A DNA stretch of 64,000 nt from Candidatus Shapirobacteria bacterium (GCA_028704635.1 JAQWFB010000002.1:693-64692), one strand, 5' to 3'. Positions 8,905 to 18,771 are shown, numbered from the stretch's first letter. The notes: a model not told the origin generated them from the sequence alone. A program made the numbers and translations.

Positions 8905-10542
8905 TTATTCCGACACCATTGGCTTTTCTGATTTTCTTGGTACCACCGTATTTGACTCATCAAACCATTCCTTCAAAATATCTCCTACAATTGGTGCTGC
9001 CACATCCGACCCTTCACCACCTCTCTCTACTAAAACAGTAATTGAAATTTGTGGATCGTCCACTGGGGCAAAAGCTGTCAACCATGCTTGAGTATCTTTA
9101 CTCCCATCGCCCACTTCGGCTGTCCCGGTTTTACAGGCAATTTCAGTTTTAAAATTAAATAAAGGCCAAGCAGTTCCACCTGGTTTACAAGCTGCTTTCA
9201 TTCCTTCAATCACTGTTTTTACATTTTCTTTTTTAATTTTTAAATCTTCACATTCCACTTTTGAATCTTTTAAAATACTCATTTTACATTTTTTGCCTCC
9301 ATTAGCAATCACGTTTGTCATTTGATTTACTTGCAATGGTGTCACACTCAAATCTCCCTGACCAATTGATAAATGAATTGTATTTCCTAAAAACCAGTTT
9401 TCTCCCTTAACTTCTTTTTTCCATTTTTCATCTGGCACAATTCCTTCCAATTCTCCTGCCAGTTCTACTCCAGTTTTACTTCCATATCCATATTTTTTTG
9501 CCCAAGTATCGATTCTTTCCAAACCTAATCTTTCTCCTAAAGTATAAAAAAAGATATCATTTGATCTTTTAAGCGCTTTCACCACATCCACCATTCCATC
9601 AGTAATTCCACTCCAAGTTTTATAAGAATAATCGCCTACTTTAAAAACACCCGTATCTTCAATTTGAGTATCTTTATTTATTACTCCGCTCTCCAATCCA
9701 GCCGTCGCCATCACTATTTTAAACACTGACCCTGGGCTAAATCTTCCCGCAATTGCCCTATTCATTAACGGCAAATTTTTATTATCACCCAAATATTCTC
9801 CTATTTTACCTTGATTAACATCATAAGAAAAAACATTTGCATCAAAAGATGGACTTGAAACTATAGTAATTATTTTTCCTGTTTTCGGTTCGCTCATTAT
9901 TACCACTGCTTTTTTACCTCCAAGCATTTTATAAATTTTATCTTGCCAATAAGCATCTATTGATAGATTTAAATCAGGCGACACCATTGGTTCTTGTCTT
10001 CCCAATTCCCTAACATATTTTCCCTTAGCATCAACTTCAATTAATCTTCTTCCATCAGTTCCTCTAATTTGACAATCTAAAAAAGATTCTATTCCACTCC
10101 TTCCAACAACTTCATCATTATCCAATTTTATTCCACATTTATTTTCAATTTGATCATTTTCATTAACTTTACCCACATAACCAGTTATTAAAGACATCGA
10201 TTCACCATAAGGATAGTACCTTTTTAACTCATAAGCCAAATTTTCTTCCTCAAATTTATATCCTTGAAAATCACCTAAACTTTCATAAATTTTATTATTT
10301 CCGTCCATTTTAAAGTACTGATAAAGACTTTTTGCCACCAATCTTCCTTTTCTGTCTAAAATTGTTGTTCTTGCTGCCGGAATTTTTTTCTCCATCAATT
10401 TATTTTCCATTGCTAAATCTTTATAATAAGCACCTTTAATTACATCTAATTTAAAAATAGACACCAAAATAATTCCAAAACTCAGTATTAATCCAAATCT
10501 CAAAATCCAATATTTCCAAGAACCATCATCTATTTGATTCAT
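8905..10542 (-). CDS. mrdA: penicillin-binding protein 2
   Basis: PGSVFK (SxxK), SND (SxN variant), KTGTAE; overlaps mreB stop. Confidence 0.9.
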   Translation of the reverse strand: MNQIDDGSWKYWILRFGLILSFGIILVSIFKLDVIKGAYYKDLAMENKLMEKKIPAARTTILDRKGRLVAKSLYQYFKMDGNNKIYESLGDFQGYKFEEENLAYELKRYYPYGESMSLITGYVGKVNENDQIENKCGIKLDNDEVVGRSGIESFLDCQIRGTDGRRLIEVDAKGKYVRELGRQEPMVSPDLNLSIDAYWQDKIYKMLGGKKAVVIMSEPKTGKIITIVSSPSFDANVFSYDVNQGKIGEYLGDNKNLPLMNRAIAGRFSPGSVFKIVMATAGLESGVINKDTQIEDTGVFKVGDYSYKTWSGITDGMVDVVKALKRSNDIFFYTLGERLGLERIDTWAKKYGYGSKTGVELAGELEGIVPDEKWKKEVKGENWFLGNTIHLSIGQGDLSVTPLQVNQMTNVIANGGKKCKMSILKDSKVECEDLKIKKENVKTVIEGMKAACKPGGTAWPLFNFKTEIACKTGTAEVGDGSKDTQAWLTAFAPVDDPQISITVLVERGGEGSDVAAPIVGDILKEWFDESNTVVPRKSEKPMVSE

Positions 10543-11651
10543 TCTTTCAATCCCGACACCAATTTAACTTGTTTAAGCATTTCTCTATTTTGAATCAATT
10601 CGCCACATCCCCTAACCACCATTATTCCCGGTTCTTCTAAAACTTTAGTAAATATTTTTGTTTCACTTTCAATCAACCCTGCTAGGCCTTTTATTTTCCC
10701 TCCATTTCCCACTAACACAATTCCTCTTTTTAAAATATCCTCCATTAACTCTGGTGGTGTTTCATCTAAAACTACTGACACTAATTTAACAATTTTAGCC
10801 AATTCCATCGTCATTGCCTCTTTAACTTCCATTTCTGTCAATTTAATTGTTTTTGGTAAACCAGTTTCCAAATCCCGACCTCTCACTAATGCTGTTTTTT
10901 TATCGCCATCCTTATTTGAAAAATTTCCAATTTCCATTTTAATTCTTTCTGCACTATTTTGGCCAATCAAAATTCCATATTTCATTTTCACATAATTAAC
11001 AATACTATTATCCAAATCATCTCCGGCTGTCTTAATTCCTCGACCCACCACTACTCCCCCCATTGAAACCACACTTACTTCAGTTTTCCCCCCACCCACA
11101 TCCACAATCACTAACCCAGAACAACTATCTACCGGCAAACCAATTCCAATCGCCGCCAAAACCACTTCCTCTAAAAGAATTACATCCTTAGCCCCAGCAT
11201 TTAAAAAAATTGATTTTACTGCCCTTTTTTGTACCTGATTAATTGAACTTGGCACCCCCACAATTACCCTCGGCTTAAAAACTTTAGGATATTTCGATGG
11301 AATTTCGTAAACCAATTTCAAATAATAAGAGATTAAGCTTTCCAATGCCTCAAAATCTGAAATCACCCCATTTTTAATCGGACTCACCACTTCAATTTGT
11401 TTTGGTTCTCGATTTAACATCTCTTTTGCTTTAAATCCAAAAGCAATTGGACCGCTTTGTTTTGTTCTTGGCGCCGACAAACCAGTCCATCTTTTCTTTT
11501 TTTGTCTAGCAATCATTGTTGGTTCATCCACAATCACTCCTCTATCTTTTAAATAAATCAAAGTATTACTACTTCCCAAATCCACTCCAATTTCCCAACT
11601 AAAATTAGCCACAATTTTATTAAATTTTTCTTTGATCCCAAATAACTTCAT
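10539..11651 (-). CDS. mreB: rod shape-determining protein MreB
   Basis: GVDLGSSNT, IVDVGGGKTE, RGRDLETGLP. Confidence 0.92.
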   Translation of the reverse strand: MKLFGIKEKFNKIVANFSWEIGVDLGSSNTLIYLKDRGVIVDEPTMIARQKKKRWTGLSAPRTKQSGPIAFGFKAKEMLNREPKQIEVVSPIKNGVISDFEALESLISYYLKLVYEIPSKYPKVFKPRVIVGVPSSINQVQKRAVKSIFLNAGAKDVILLEEVVLAAIGIGLPVDSCSGLVIVDVGGGKTEVSVVSMGGVVVGRGIKTAGDDLDNSIVNYVKMKYGILIGQNSAERIKMEIGNFSNKDGDKKTALVRGRDLETGLPKTIKLTEMEVKEAMTMELAKIVKLVSVVLDETPPELMEDILKRGIVLVGNGGKIKGLAGLIESETKIFTKVLEEPGIMVVRGCGELIQNREMLKQVKLVSGLKE

Positions 11652-11669
11652 CTGTTAAAATTATACTCT

Positions 11670-13688
11670 ATGAAGTCCCTTACTAAGCCAATCCATTTTT
11701 TGTTTTTGGCTCTTGTTTTTTTTACTCCTTTTATTTTCACCCAATCAAATTCTGAGCTTTTTGAATTACCAAAAATGTATTTCGTTTATCTTTTAACCAC
11801 TTTAATAACTACCTTTCATTTAATTAATGTTATCCAAAAAAAAGCTCCTTTTCGCAAAAAAACCTTTTTAGATATTCCCATTCTTCTCTTTTTTATTTCC
11901 CAAGTAATTTCCACTTATTATTCCATTGACCCCCATACTTCTTTTTTCGGTTACTACTCTCGTCTTAATGGCGGTCTTTTATCATTGATTTGTTATCTTC
12001 TTCTCTATTTTATTTTATCCGTTTATATTGACTCAGATTTTAAAAATAAAATTATTAATTTTTCCCTACTTTCGGCATTTTTAGTTTCAATTTATGCCAT
12101 TGCCGAACATTTTGGTATTGATAAAAATTTATGGGTTCAAGACGTCCAATCACGAGTTTTTTCCACTCTTGGTCAACCAAATTGGCTCGCCGCTTATCTT
12201 TGTATTTTTATTCCCTTTTCTATTTTCAAATTTTTTGAATCAATTAAAATTGATTTTGATAAATCCAACAAATTGTACGGGCGAATCATGATTCGCCCCT
12301 ACCTATATTTAATATTAACTTTAATATTTTACATTTCTCTTCTTTTTACTAAATCCAAATCCGGTATCATCGCCTGCCTCATTTCTCTGGCTATTTATTT
12401 TGCAGTTTCTTTTTTTAAAAACAAACCCTTCAGGAAATTATTAATTCTTAATTATTCATTATTAATTATTCTTTCACTTTTAATCACCAATCCCATTAAA
12501 GATAGTTTTATTTCTTTTATAAAAACCAGACATATCGTACCTATAGTCGTAGAAGATAAAATTCCATCATCAAAAATCTTAATAACTTCTAGTGGTGATA
12601 TCCGCAAAATTGTTTGGACGGGAGCCATTGATCTTTGGAAAAAATTCCCCATTTTTGGCACCGGAGTTGAAACTTTCGCCTATTCCTATTACTGGACCCG
12701 CCCAGTCGAACACAACCTCACTTCTGAATGGGATTATCTCTACAACAAAGCCCACAATGAATATATTAATTATCTCGCCACCACCGGCACAGTCGGCTTT
12801 ACTACCTATTGCTTTTTCATCATCTCCGTTTTATTTTTCTCATTAAAGTCTCCCTTGTCAAAGGGAAATTTAGAGGGATTGAATTTAGTCGTCCTGGCCA
12901 GCTTTTCCAGCATATTAATAACTAATTTTGCCGGTTTTTCAGTTGTTACCACTTCGCTCTTCTTCTTTCTTCTCCCCACCCTTTTAAATCCAGATCAGGA
13001 AATTAAAGTAGAGACGTTGCATACAACGTCTCTACGTAAATTTTTAGTTATCCCAATAATTATCATCAGTTTATTCCTAATTAAAAAAACAATTTTCTTT
13101 TACATCGCCGACATCGCCTACAATCAATCCGAAAAATACGATTCTCAAAATGATTATCAAACTGCTCTTTCTTTCGCTCAAACTAGCCATCAACTAAATC
13201 CAAGCGAACCGCTCTACATTGACAAATTAGCCACTATTTACTCAAAAATTGCTCTAAACACCGGCAAACAAGAATATATCGACCAAGCCATCGATTATTC
13301 CGATCTAACCATAAAAATCTCCCCTGCCAACATTAATTTTTGGAAACAACGCGCCCAAGATTATCTTTACCTCTCCGGCATTGATACTAAATATTTCTCT
13401 GTTTCTATCACCGCTCTAACCAACGCCGCCAGTCTCGCTCCCACTGATCCTAAAATTTTCTATTCCCTTGGCCAATTTTTAGAAACAGCCAGTCTTACAG
13501 ACCAAGCCATTCCTTATTACCAAAAAGCCATTGAATTAAAATCAAATTATGATTATGCCTATTTCGCTCTCGGCAAAATTTATCTTTCCAAAAAAGAAAA
13601 AGCGTTAGCCAAAGAAAATCTCCAAAAAACCATTGATTATTCCTATCCCACCAACACTGAAGCAGAAAAATTACTGAAAAGTCTTTAA
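11670..13688 (+). CDS. O-antigen ligase/polymerase-family membrane protein with C-terminal TPR
   Basis: STLGQPNWLAAY, TKSKSG, AHNEYIN motifs, many TM helices, TPR-like tail. Confidence 0.85.
   Translation: MKSLTKPIHFLFLALVFFTPFIFTQSNSELFELPKMYFVYLLTTLITTFHLINVIQKKAPFRKKTFLDIPILLFFISQVISTYYSIDPHTSFFGYYSRLNGGLLSLICYLLLYFILSVYIDSDFKNKIINFSLLSAFLVSIYAIAEHFGIDKNLWVQDVQSRVFSTLGQPNWLAAYLCIFIPFSIFKFFESIKIDFDKSNKLYGRIMIRPYLYLILTLIFYISLLFTKSKSGIIACLISLAIYFAVSFFKNKPFRKLLILNYSLLIILSLLITNPIKDSFISFIKTRHIVPIVVEDKIPSSKILITSSGDIRKIVWTGAIDLWKKFPIFGTGVETFAYSYYWTRPVEHNLTSEWDYLYNKAHNEYINYLATTGTVGFTTYCFFIISVLFFSLKSPLSKGNLEGLNLVVLASFSSILITNFAGFSVVTTSLFFFLLPTLLNPDQEIKVETLHTTSLRKFLVIPIIIISLFLIKKTIFFYIADIAYNQSEKYDSQNDYQTALSFAQTSHQLNPSEPLYIDKLATIYSKIALNTGKQEYIDQAIDYSDLTIKISPANINFWKQRAQDYLYLSGIDTKYFSVSITALTNAASLAPTDPKIFYSLGQFLETASLTDQAIPYYQKAIELKSNYDYAYFALGKIYLSKKEKALAKENLQKTIDYSYPTNTEAEKLLKSL
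12275..12302. repeat. GTAG-family REP palindrome inside CDS
   Basis: gtacgggcgaatcatgattcgcccctac, core identical to 59093-59116. Confidence 0.8.
12849..12880. repeat. CCCTT..AAGGG repeat inside CDS
   Basis: tctcccttgtcaaaggga identical to 48533 copy, ends agagggatt. Confidence 0.7.
13008..13035. repeat. GTAG-family REP palindrome inside CDS
   Basis: gtagagacgttgcatacaacgtctctac, matches 37541-37568. Confidence 0.8.
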
Positions 13689-14234
13689 ATTTTGTTCTAA
13701 CATTTTTCCTTTAACTTCTTTAAAAAGTTTTCCGCCGTCTTTTTTTACATGATCAATAAAAACTATACCATCTAAATGATCTGACTCATGTTGCCACACA
13801 ATTGCCTCAAACCCACTCAAACTTTTATATTTTCTTTTTAAGTTCTGCTTTGCAGGATCGATCTCATCCCAACTTACATCAATTTCTAAAAATCTTTTTA
13901 CCGTTCCAAAATATTTTGGAAAAGATAAGCATCCTTCCAAAAAATCTTCCTCCTTTTTATTTTCACCCACAATTTTTGGATAAACTTTTCCACCATAACT
14001 TTTTTCAACTTTTGGATTAATAAAAATTGAAGGCTCTCCATTAGACAGTTCTTTACTTCCAAAAAATCTTTTATTCACTCCAATTTGAGGCGCCGCCAAA
14101 CCTGCTGCATTTTCTCCATTTTTCAGTATTTTTTTTAAATCATTCATTTCTTCCAACAACCTTTTGTCTATATTTTCGACATCTTTTGTTTTTTGTCTCA
14201 ATATCTCTGCCGGATAAATCACAATTTTTCTCAT
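13671..14234 (-). CDS. def: peptide deformylase
   Basis: GLAAPQIG, EGCLS, QHESDHLDG. Confidence 0.96.
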   Translation of the reverse strand: MRKIVIYPAEILRQKTKDVENIDKRLLEEMNDLKKILKNGENAAGLAAPQIGVNKRFFGSKELSNGEPSIFINPKVEKSYGGKVYPKIVGENKKEEDFLEGCLSFPKYFGTVKRFLEIDVSWDEIDPAKQNLKRKYKSLSGFEAIVWQHESDHLDGIVFIDHVKKDGGKLFKEVKGKMLEQNLKTFQ

Positions 14235-14288
14235 ACGCTATTTTATCAAATTAACTTTATAAACTTGACGAACTTGATAAACTTACTC

Positions 14289-15167
14289 ATGGTTAATCTC
14301 ATTTTCTTCGGCTCATCAGAATATTCTCTTATTATTCTTAAAAAAATTCTTGAAATTAAAGACTTTAATTTATTGGCCATCGTCACTAAACCAGACAAGG
14401 CTGCCGGTCGAAATCAAGAAATAACTGCCAATCCTGTGGCCGATTTCGCTCGCCAAAATAATTTAGATCTTCTTCAACCTCAAGATTTTGATCAAGAATT
14501 TATTAACAAATTTAAAGAATTAAAACCAGATCTTGTTATCGTCGTCGCCTATGGCCCCCCCTATTTCAATCAAGAAATGATTGACACTCCCCAATTTAAA
14601 GTTGTAAATATTCATCCATCTCCATTACCAAAATATCGCGGTGCCACCCCCGGCCCTTGGCAAATTATCAATGGTGAAACTAAAACAGCTGTTTCTTTTT
14701 TTCAAATCGATGCTCTTCCTGATCATGGCCCCATCATTTCTCAAATTCCTTTTGACATCAGTCCTATCGAAACCGCCACCAGCTTTTATCAAAAAGCTTT
14801 TAACCTCGCCGCCAATAATCTAGAGACAGTTATTAAAAAATATATCTACGATCTACAATCTACAACCCACTCTCTAATCCCGCAGGATCACACCCAAAAA
14901 ACCTATTTCCCAAAATTTACCAAAGACAGTGCTCAAATTGATTGGTCTTGGGATATTTCTAAAATTGAACGTTTTATCAGAGCTCTCAACCCTTGGCCAA
15001 TTGCCTGGACTTTTGTCACTAATCAACAATCTCAAAAAATCAAAATGAAAATACTATCCGCCTCAACCACTAATCAACAATTAATTCCCAACACTGTCCA
15101 AATCGAAGGTAAAAAAATCGTCAACTGGTCCGAAATTTGCAAATATTACACTATAAATAAAAACTAA
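14289..15167 (+). CDS. fmt: methionyl-tRNA formyltransferase
   Basis: IFFGS, VTKPDKAAGR, VVAYG, NIHPSPLPKYRG, IRALNPWP; start moved to ATG 14289. Confidence 0.93.
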   Translation: MVNLIFFGSSEYSLIILKKILEIKDFNLLAIVTKPDKAAGRNQEITANPVADFARQNNLDLLQPQDFDQEFINKFKELKPDLVIVVAYGPPYFNQEMIDTPQFKVVNIHPSPLPKYRGATPGPWQIINGETKTAVSFFQIDALPDHGPIISQIPFDISPIETATSFYQKAFNLAANNLETVIKKYIYDLQSTTHSLIPQDHTQKTYFPKFTKDSAQIDWSWDISKIERFIRALNPWPIAWTFVTNQQSQKIKMKILSASTTNQQLIPNTVQIEGKKIVNWSEICKYYTINKN

Positions 15168-15267
15168 TTATTAAGAATAAATTAAAAAAATTTTGCCTAT
15201 AAATAGGACTTTCCTTTTTTGACATTTTTTTTAAATCCTTTTTAATTAAATTAAGGAGGTAAAAAAT

Positions 15268-15375
15268 ATGCCAGTCAAAAAACCAGCTAAAAAAGTCGCC
15301 AAAAAAGCTGTCAAAAAGCCAGCTAAAAAAGTGGTCGCCAAGAAAAAAGTGGCTAAAAAAGCCAAGAAGAAATAA
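15268..15375 (+). CDS. histone H1-like Lys/Ala micropeptide (35 aa)
   Basis: Perfect SD TAAGGAGGT then MPVKKPAKKVAKKAVKKPAKKVVAKKKVAKKAKKK; hairpin follows. Confidence 0.8.
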   Translation: MPVKKPAKKVAKKAVKKPAKKVVAKKKVAKKAKKK

Positions 15376-15402
15376 GTGAAAATTTCTAACTAAAAACGGT
15401 GC

Positions 15403-15609
15403 TTATTTAAGTGCCGTTTTTTGTTCTTTAGTTTCTTTTTTGAGTCTTTTCAAACACTTGGTACAAAAACTACCGCTGATTTTATCTTCACCCACCGTCA
15501 AAGTAACCTTTTGGATATTAGCCATAAAAGTTCTTGGTGTTCTATTTTGGGCATGAGATCGGTTTTGACCAATCTTGGTTCCCTTTTTACATAAACTGCA
15601 TGTTCTCAT
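15403..15609 (-). CDS. rpmB: 50S ribosomal protein L28
   Basis: MRTCSLCKKG..GQNRSHA..RTPRTF.ANIQ..CTKCLK. Confidence 0.92.
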   Translation of the reverse strand: MRTCSLCKKGTKIGQNRSHAQNRTPRTFMANIQKVTLTVGEDKISGSFCTKCLKRLKKETKEQKTALK

Positions 15610-15647
15610 AGTAAGGTATAATATCAAAACAAACTATTTTTTGAAAT

Positions 15648-16250
15648 ATGATAAATTTTCTTTCCTTTTTAGTCTTAATTATTAGTATTACTATTCATGA
15701 ATTTTGCCATGCCCTAGCTGCTGATCGTCTTGGTGATCCTACCCCTCGTTCTCTTGGTCGATTAACACTTAACCCCCTCGCTCATGCCGACCCTATTGGT
15801 ACTATTTTTCTACCTTTATTAAGTGTTTTTACTGGATTTCCTACCATTGGTTGGGCTAAACCAGTTGTTATTGATCCTTATAATTTCAAGAATCCCAAAA
15901 AAGATGAAATAATAGTTTCTGTCGCTGGCCCTGCTGGAAATATTTTGCTCGCACTTTTTGCTTCCCTTCTTCTAAAATTTTTAGGGGTTCAAAGTGTTTT
16001 GCTTTACCTCTTAGTCTTAATAAATATTTCTTTAGCCGTTTTTAATCTTTTACCAATTCCACCTCTCGATGGTTCCAAAATTTTTCTGAATTTACTTCCC
16101 GAAGAAAAATCCGTTCAATGGCAAGAGGCCTTTGACCGTTACGGATTCATTCTTTTAATTGTTTTAGTCTTTCTTCCTGTTGGTGGTAGCTCAATTTTTC
16201 AAATAATTTTGTCGCCAATTATCGCTTTTGCTTTAAAGTTACTTACTTAA
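15648..16250 (+). CDS. site-2 protease family (M50) protein
   Basis: HEFCH, LGDPTP, GRLTLNPLAH, FNLLPIPPLDGS. Confidence 0.92.
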   Translation: MINFLSFLVLIISITIHEFCHALAADRLGDPTPRSLGRLTLNPLAHADPIGTIFLPLLSVFTGFPTIGWAKPVVIDPYNFKNPKKDEIIVSVAGPAGNILLALFASLLLKFLGVQSVLLYLLVLINISLAVFNLLPIPPLDGSKIFLNLLPEEKSVQWQEAFDRYGFILLIVLVFLPVGGSSIFQIILSPIIAFALKLLT

Positions 16251-16460
16251 TCTTTTATTTAAATCTTCCACCATTTTTTCTATTTGGTCATCAGTCATTC
16301 CATGCACCAATGCTCCCTGTTCCAAAGTTTCCATTGATGCCGCCATACAACCAACACAATGAAATCCATATTCTTCAGTTAATACTGAGGCCAAATCTGA
16401 ATTTTGCTCCACTAAATCTAAAATTAAAATATCTTTGGTAATTTTTACTTTTTGTTTCAT
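16239..16460 (-). CDS. DUF1858-like small protein
   Basis: ITKD..I.DLV, GFHCVGC, ETLEQGALVHG. Confidence 0.8.
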   Translation of the reverse strand: MKQKVKITKDILILDLVEQNSDLASVLTEEYGFHCVGCMAASMETLEQGALVHGMTDDQIEKMVEDLNKRLSK

Positions 16461-16494
16461 AGCCAAGATTATATCAAAAATGTTAAAATTAACT

Positions 16495-16649
16495 GTCCTA
16501 CCAAAAGCAGTACTTTAAGAAGGTGTTTTTTCTAACTAACCATCTTAAATGGGAAGCGTTGTTTTTAGGGTTTGCGCCCTAAAATAGTTTTCCACCACGT
16601 ATTTTTAGCGTGGAAAAGCCATTATTAAAGAAAACTTTTGGTGGGGCTT
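16495..16649 (+). ncRNA. 6S RNA-like rod-shaped RNA
   Basis: End-to-end pairing gtcctaccaaaag/cttttggtggggc, ctttaa/ttaaag, central bubble, gggaagc/gttttcc, terminal ttttaggg/ccctaaaa; G-U pairs favour + strand; TGTTAAAAT upstream. Confidence 0.6.
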
Positions 16650-16652
16650 TCT

Positions 16653-17801
16653 TTATTCCAAATCTTTTTTCACTCTTTCTAAAATTATTTTAAGACTTTT
16701 TTCATTGTTCAGAGCTTCTTCTTTAATTGTTTCTTTAAATTTTTTTTCAAAATATTTTGGATCATCCAAATATTGATTCAGAAATTTAACCAATTCGTCA
16801 CTTTTTTCTTTTATCCAACCCAATTTCTTCTTTTTAATCAAATCAATATTTCCATCTTCCTGACCTCCAATATGAGTAATTGCCACAAATGGTTTCTGGC
16901 AAGCCACACTATCAAACAAAAAATTAGGACCGGCTTTTCCAAAAACAATATCTGATGCTCCCAAGACTTCAACCATATTATCAATCCATCCCATATTCTT
17001 GATAATAACCACATTATCTCTTCTCAGTTTAGTCAAAATTTTACTATATTTTTCCACCAAATTATAAGAAAATTTATCCACCCCAGTGTTAATTACAAAA
17101 GTTACCTTACTTTTAAGAAAAATCAAAGCTGGTAATAATTTTGGCAAAGCACTTGTTCCTAAACTTCCCCCACCAACAAAAATCACTGGCCTATCATTTT
17201 TAATCCCCAATTTTTTTCTAATTTCTTTTTTATCAATTTTTTTATACATTTCCGGTCTCACCCACCAACCAGTTTTCAAAATTTCATTTTTCTTAATATC
17301 ATATTTCAAAGCCAATTTTTCTCCAATCTCATCATAAACTATATTTAAATCACAACCTTTAACAAACGAAATTGGATTAATTGTCCACGGATCAGCCACT
17401 ATTGTCCACAATTTAAACTGTTTATTTTCTTCTTTTCTCCAATCAGCCAAACTATGAGAATGGAAAAAATAAGCTGAAATTATTAAATCTGGATTTATTT
17501 TATTAACTTCCTTTTTTAATCTCGGCAAATTGAAAATTGTACTTTTTCGCATTAGATCCCTGGCAAATTTAATATCAAAAACTTTCGCTGCCCATCGATT
17601 AGACACTGGTAGATATCGATAGGCAAAAGTATACAAATCATCAGCCACTCCTATTTCTGCCTTAACTTCGGCATAAAAAACTTCAAAATCATTATCTTTT
17701 TCATACCCCTTAAGAAAATTAAAAATTGCCTTAGCTATCGATCTATGTCCCCATGGCATATGATCAGTTAATACTAAAATCTTTTTCTTTTGCATGTTCA
17801 T
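16653..17801 (-). CDS. MGDG synthase/UgtP-like GT28 glycosyltransferase
   Basis: GH motif, GGGSLG, GKAGP, GGQEDGN. Confidence 0.8.
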   Translation of the reverse strand: MNMQKKKILVLTDHMPWGHRSIAKAIFNFLKGYEKDNDFEVFYAEVKAEIGVADDLYTFAYRYLPVSNRWAAKVFDIKFARDLMRKSTIFNLPRLKKEVNKINPDLIISAYFFHSHSLADWRKEENKQFKLWTIVADPWTINPISFVKGCDLNIVYDEIGEKLALKYDIKKNEILKTGWWVRPEMYKKIDKKEIRKKLGIKNDRPVIFVGGGSLGTSALPKLLPALIFLKSKVTFVINTGVDKFSYNLVEKYSKILTKLRRDNVVIIKNMGWIDNMVEVLGASDIVFGKAGPNFLFDSVACQKPFVAITHIGGQEDGNIDLIKKKKLGWIKEKSDELVKFLNQYLDDPKYFEKKFKETIKEEALNNEKSLKIILERVKKDLE

Positions 17802-17804
17802 ATT

Positions 17805-18227
17805 TTACCTTAATTTTTTTCTTTTACCTCTACCATTACCTTTATTCAAACCTTTATAATTTGAAGTCAAACTATGGCAATTCGGACATAAAAGCCTTAA
17901 ATTAGTAATTTCGTTATTTTTAAAATTACCATCAAGATGATCGACTTCTAATGGTGTTTTACCTGTGGTTTTATTTATTTCTCCCCAACCACAAAGAACA
18001 CATTTATTATTAAATAATTTAAACAAATATTGTCTGGCCCATGGTCTTAATAAACCATTTGTATTTATAGGATTATCTTTTCCGCTCAACCACTTTTTAA
18101 CCTCTTCTTTTGTTTGAAAATCTTTTTGACAAATCACTGAACAATATATCTTAAAACTCGAATAACAAGGAAAAAATTCCTTCTCACAATTTTTACACTT
18201 CACCTTATTCTTACTTCTGTGTAACAT
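17805..18227 (-). CDS. HNH endonuclease
   Basis: CVLCG, LEVDHLDG..NN..NLRLLCPNCH, N-terminal CxxC/CSxxC; next to tRNAs. Confidence 0.9.
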   Translation of the reverse strand: MLHRSKNKVKCKNCEKEFFPCYSSFKIYCSVICQKDFQTKEEVKKWLSGKDNPINTNGLLRPWARQYLFKLFNNKCVLCGWGEINKTTGKTPLEVDHLDGNFKNNEITNLRLLCPNCHSLTSNYKGLNKGNGRGKRKKLR

Positions 18228-18269
18228 ACAAAAAAATCAAATATAATTGTTATAATATATCACTTATTA

Positions 18270-18342
18270 GCCTGAGTAGCTCAGTCGGTAGAGCAACTCT
18301 CTTGTAAAGAGTAGGTCGTGAGTTCGAATCCCACCTCAGGCT
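18270..18342 (+). tRNA. tRNA-Thr(TGT)
   Basis: cloverleaf gcctgag/ctcaggc, anticodon loop CT TGT AA, GTTCGAATC. Confidence 0.95.
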
Positions 18343-18377
18343 CATTTTTTATTAATATTTTGGTAAAATATCAGCAC

Positions 18378-18450
18378 GCCCGGATAGCTCAGTTGGTAGA
18401 GCATCCCCTTGGTAAGGGGAAGGTCATGAATTCGAGTTTCATTCCGGGCT
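18378..18450 (+). tRNA. tRNA-Thr(GGT)
   Basis: gcccgga/tccgggc, anticodon loop TT GGT AA, T stem atgaa/ttcat. Confidence 0.92.
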
Positions 18451-18457
18451 CAATACA

Positions 18458-18545
18458 GTTATAAAGTTTGTCAAGTTTTTAAAGTTGTAAAGTTGTTTTA
18501 AATTTTAGCTTGATGAACTTGATAAACTTTTGACTTTATAAACTC
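18458..18545. repeat. inverted arrays of 8-9-mer AACTTGATA-type short tandem repeats
   Basis: aagtt-rich run followed by aactt-rich run between tRNAs; same unit at 14255, 23551, 48060. Confidence 0.6.
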
Positions 18546-18549
18546 AATT

Positions 18550-18632
18550 GGAGGGGTGCTCCGAATGGTAAGGAACTTGTTTTGAAAACAAGCGTCAGCA
18601 ATGACATGCAGGTTCGACTCCTGTCCCCTCCG
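18550..18632 (+). tRNA. tRNA-Ser(TGA)
   Basis: ggagggg/cccctcc, anticodon loop TT TGA AA, variable arm gtca/tgac, GGTTCGACTCC. Confidence 0.95.
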
Positions 18633-18771
18633 CATTTAGCCTGTCTTTCCATGTAATTTATGTGGTATAACTACAAATCCCTAACTTTCCCTCGTATTTT
18701 TACGAAAACCAACATTTTTCATTTTTACAGCCTGTAATAACGAATTTTATTATCCTAAAACATAAAGTATA

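Noticed and set aside
16495-16649. SRP RNA or tmRNA
   Set aside because: No SRP domain IV (CAGG-GNRA-AGCAG) motif and no tRNA-Ala-like ends.
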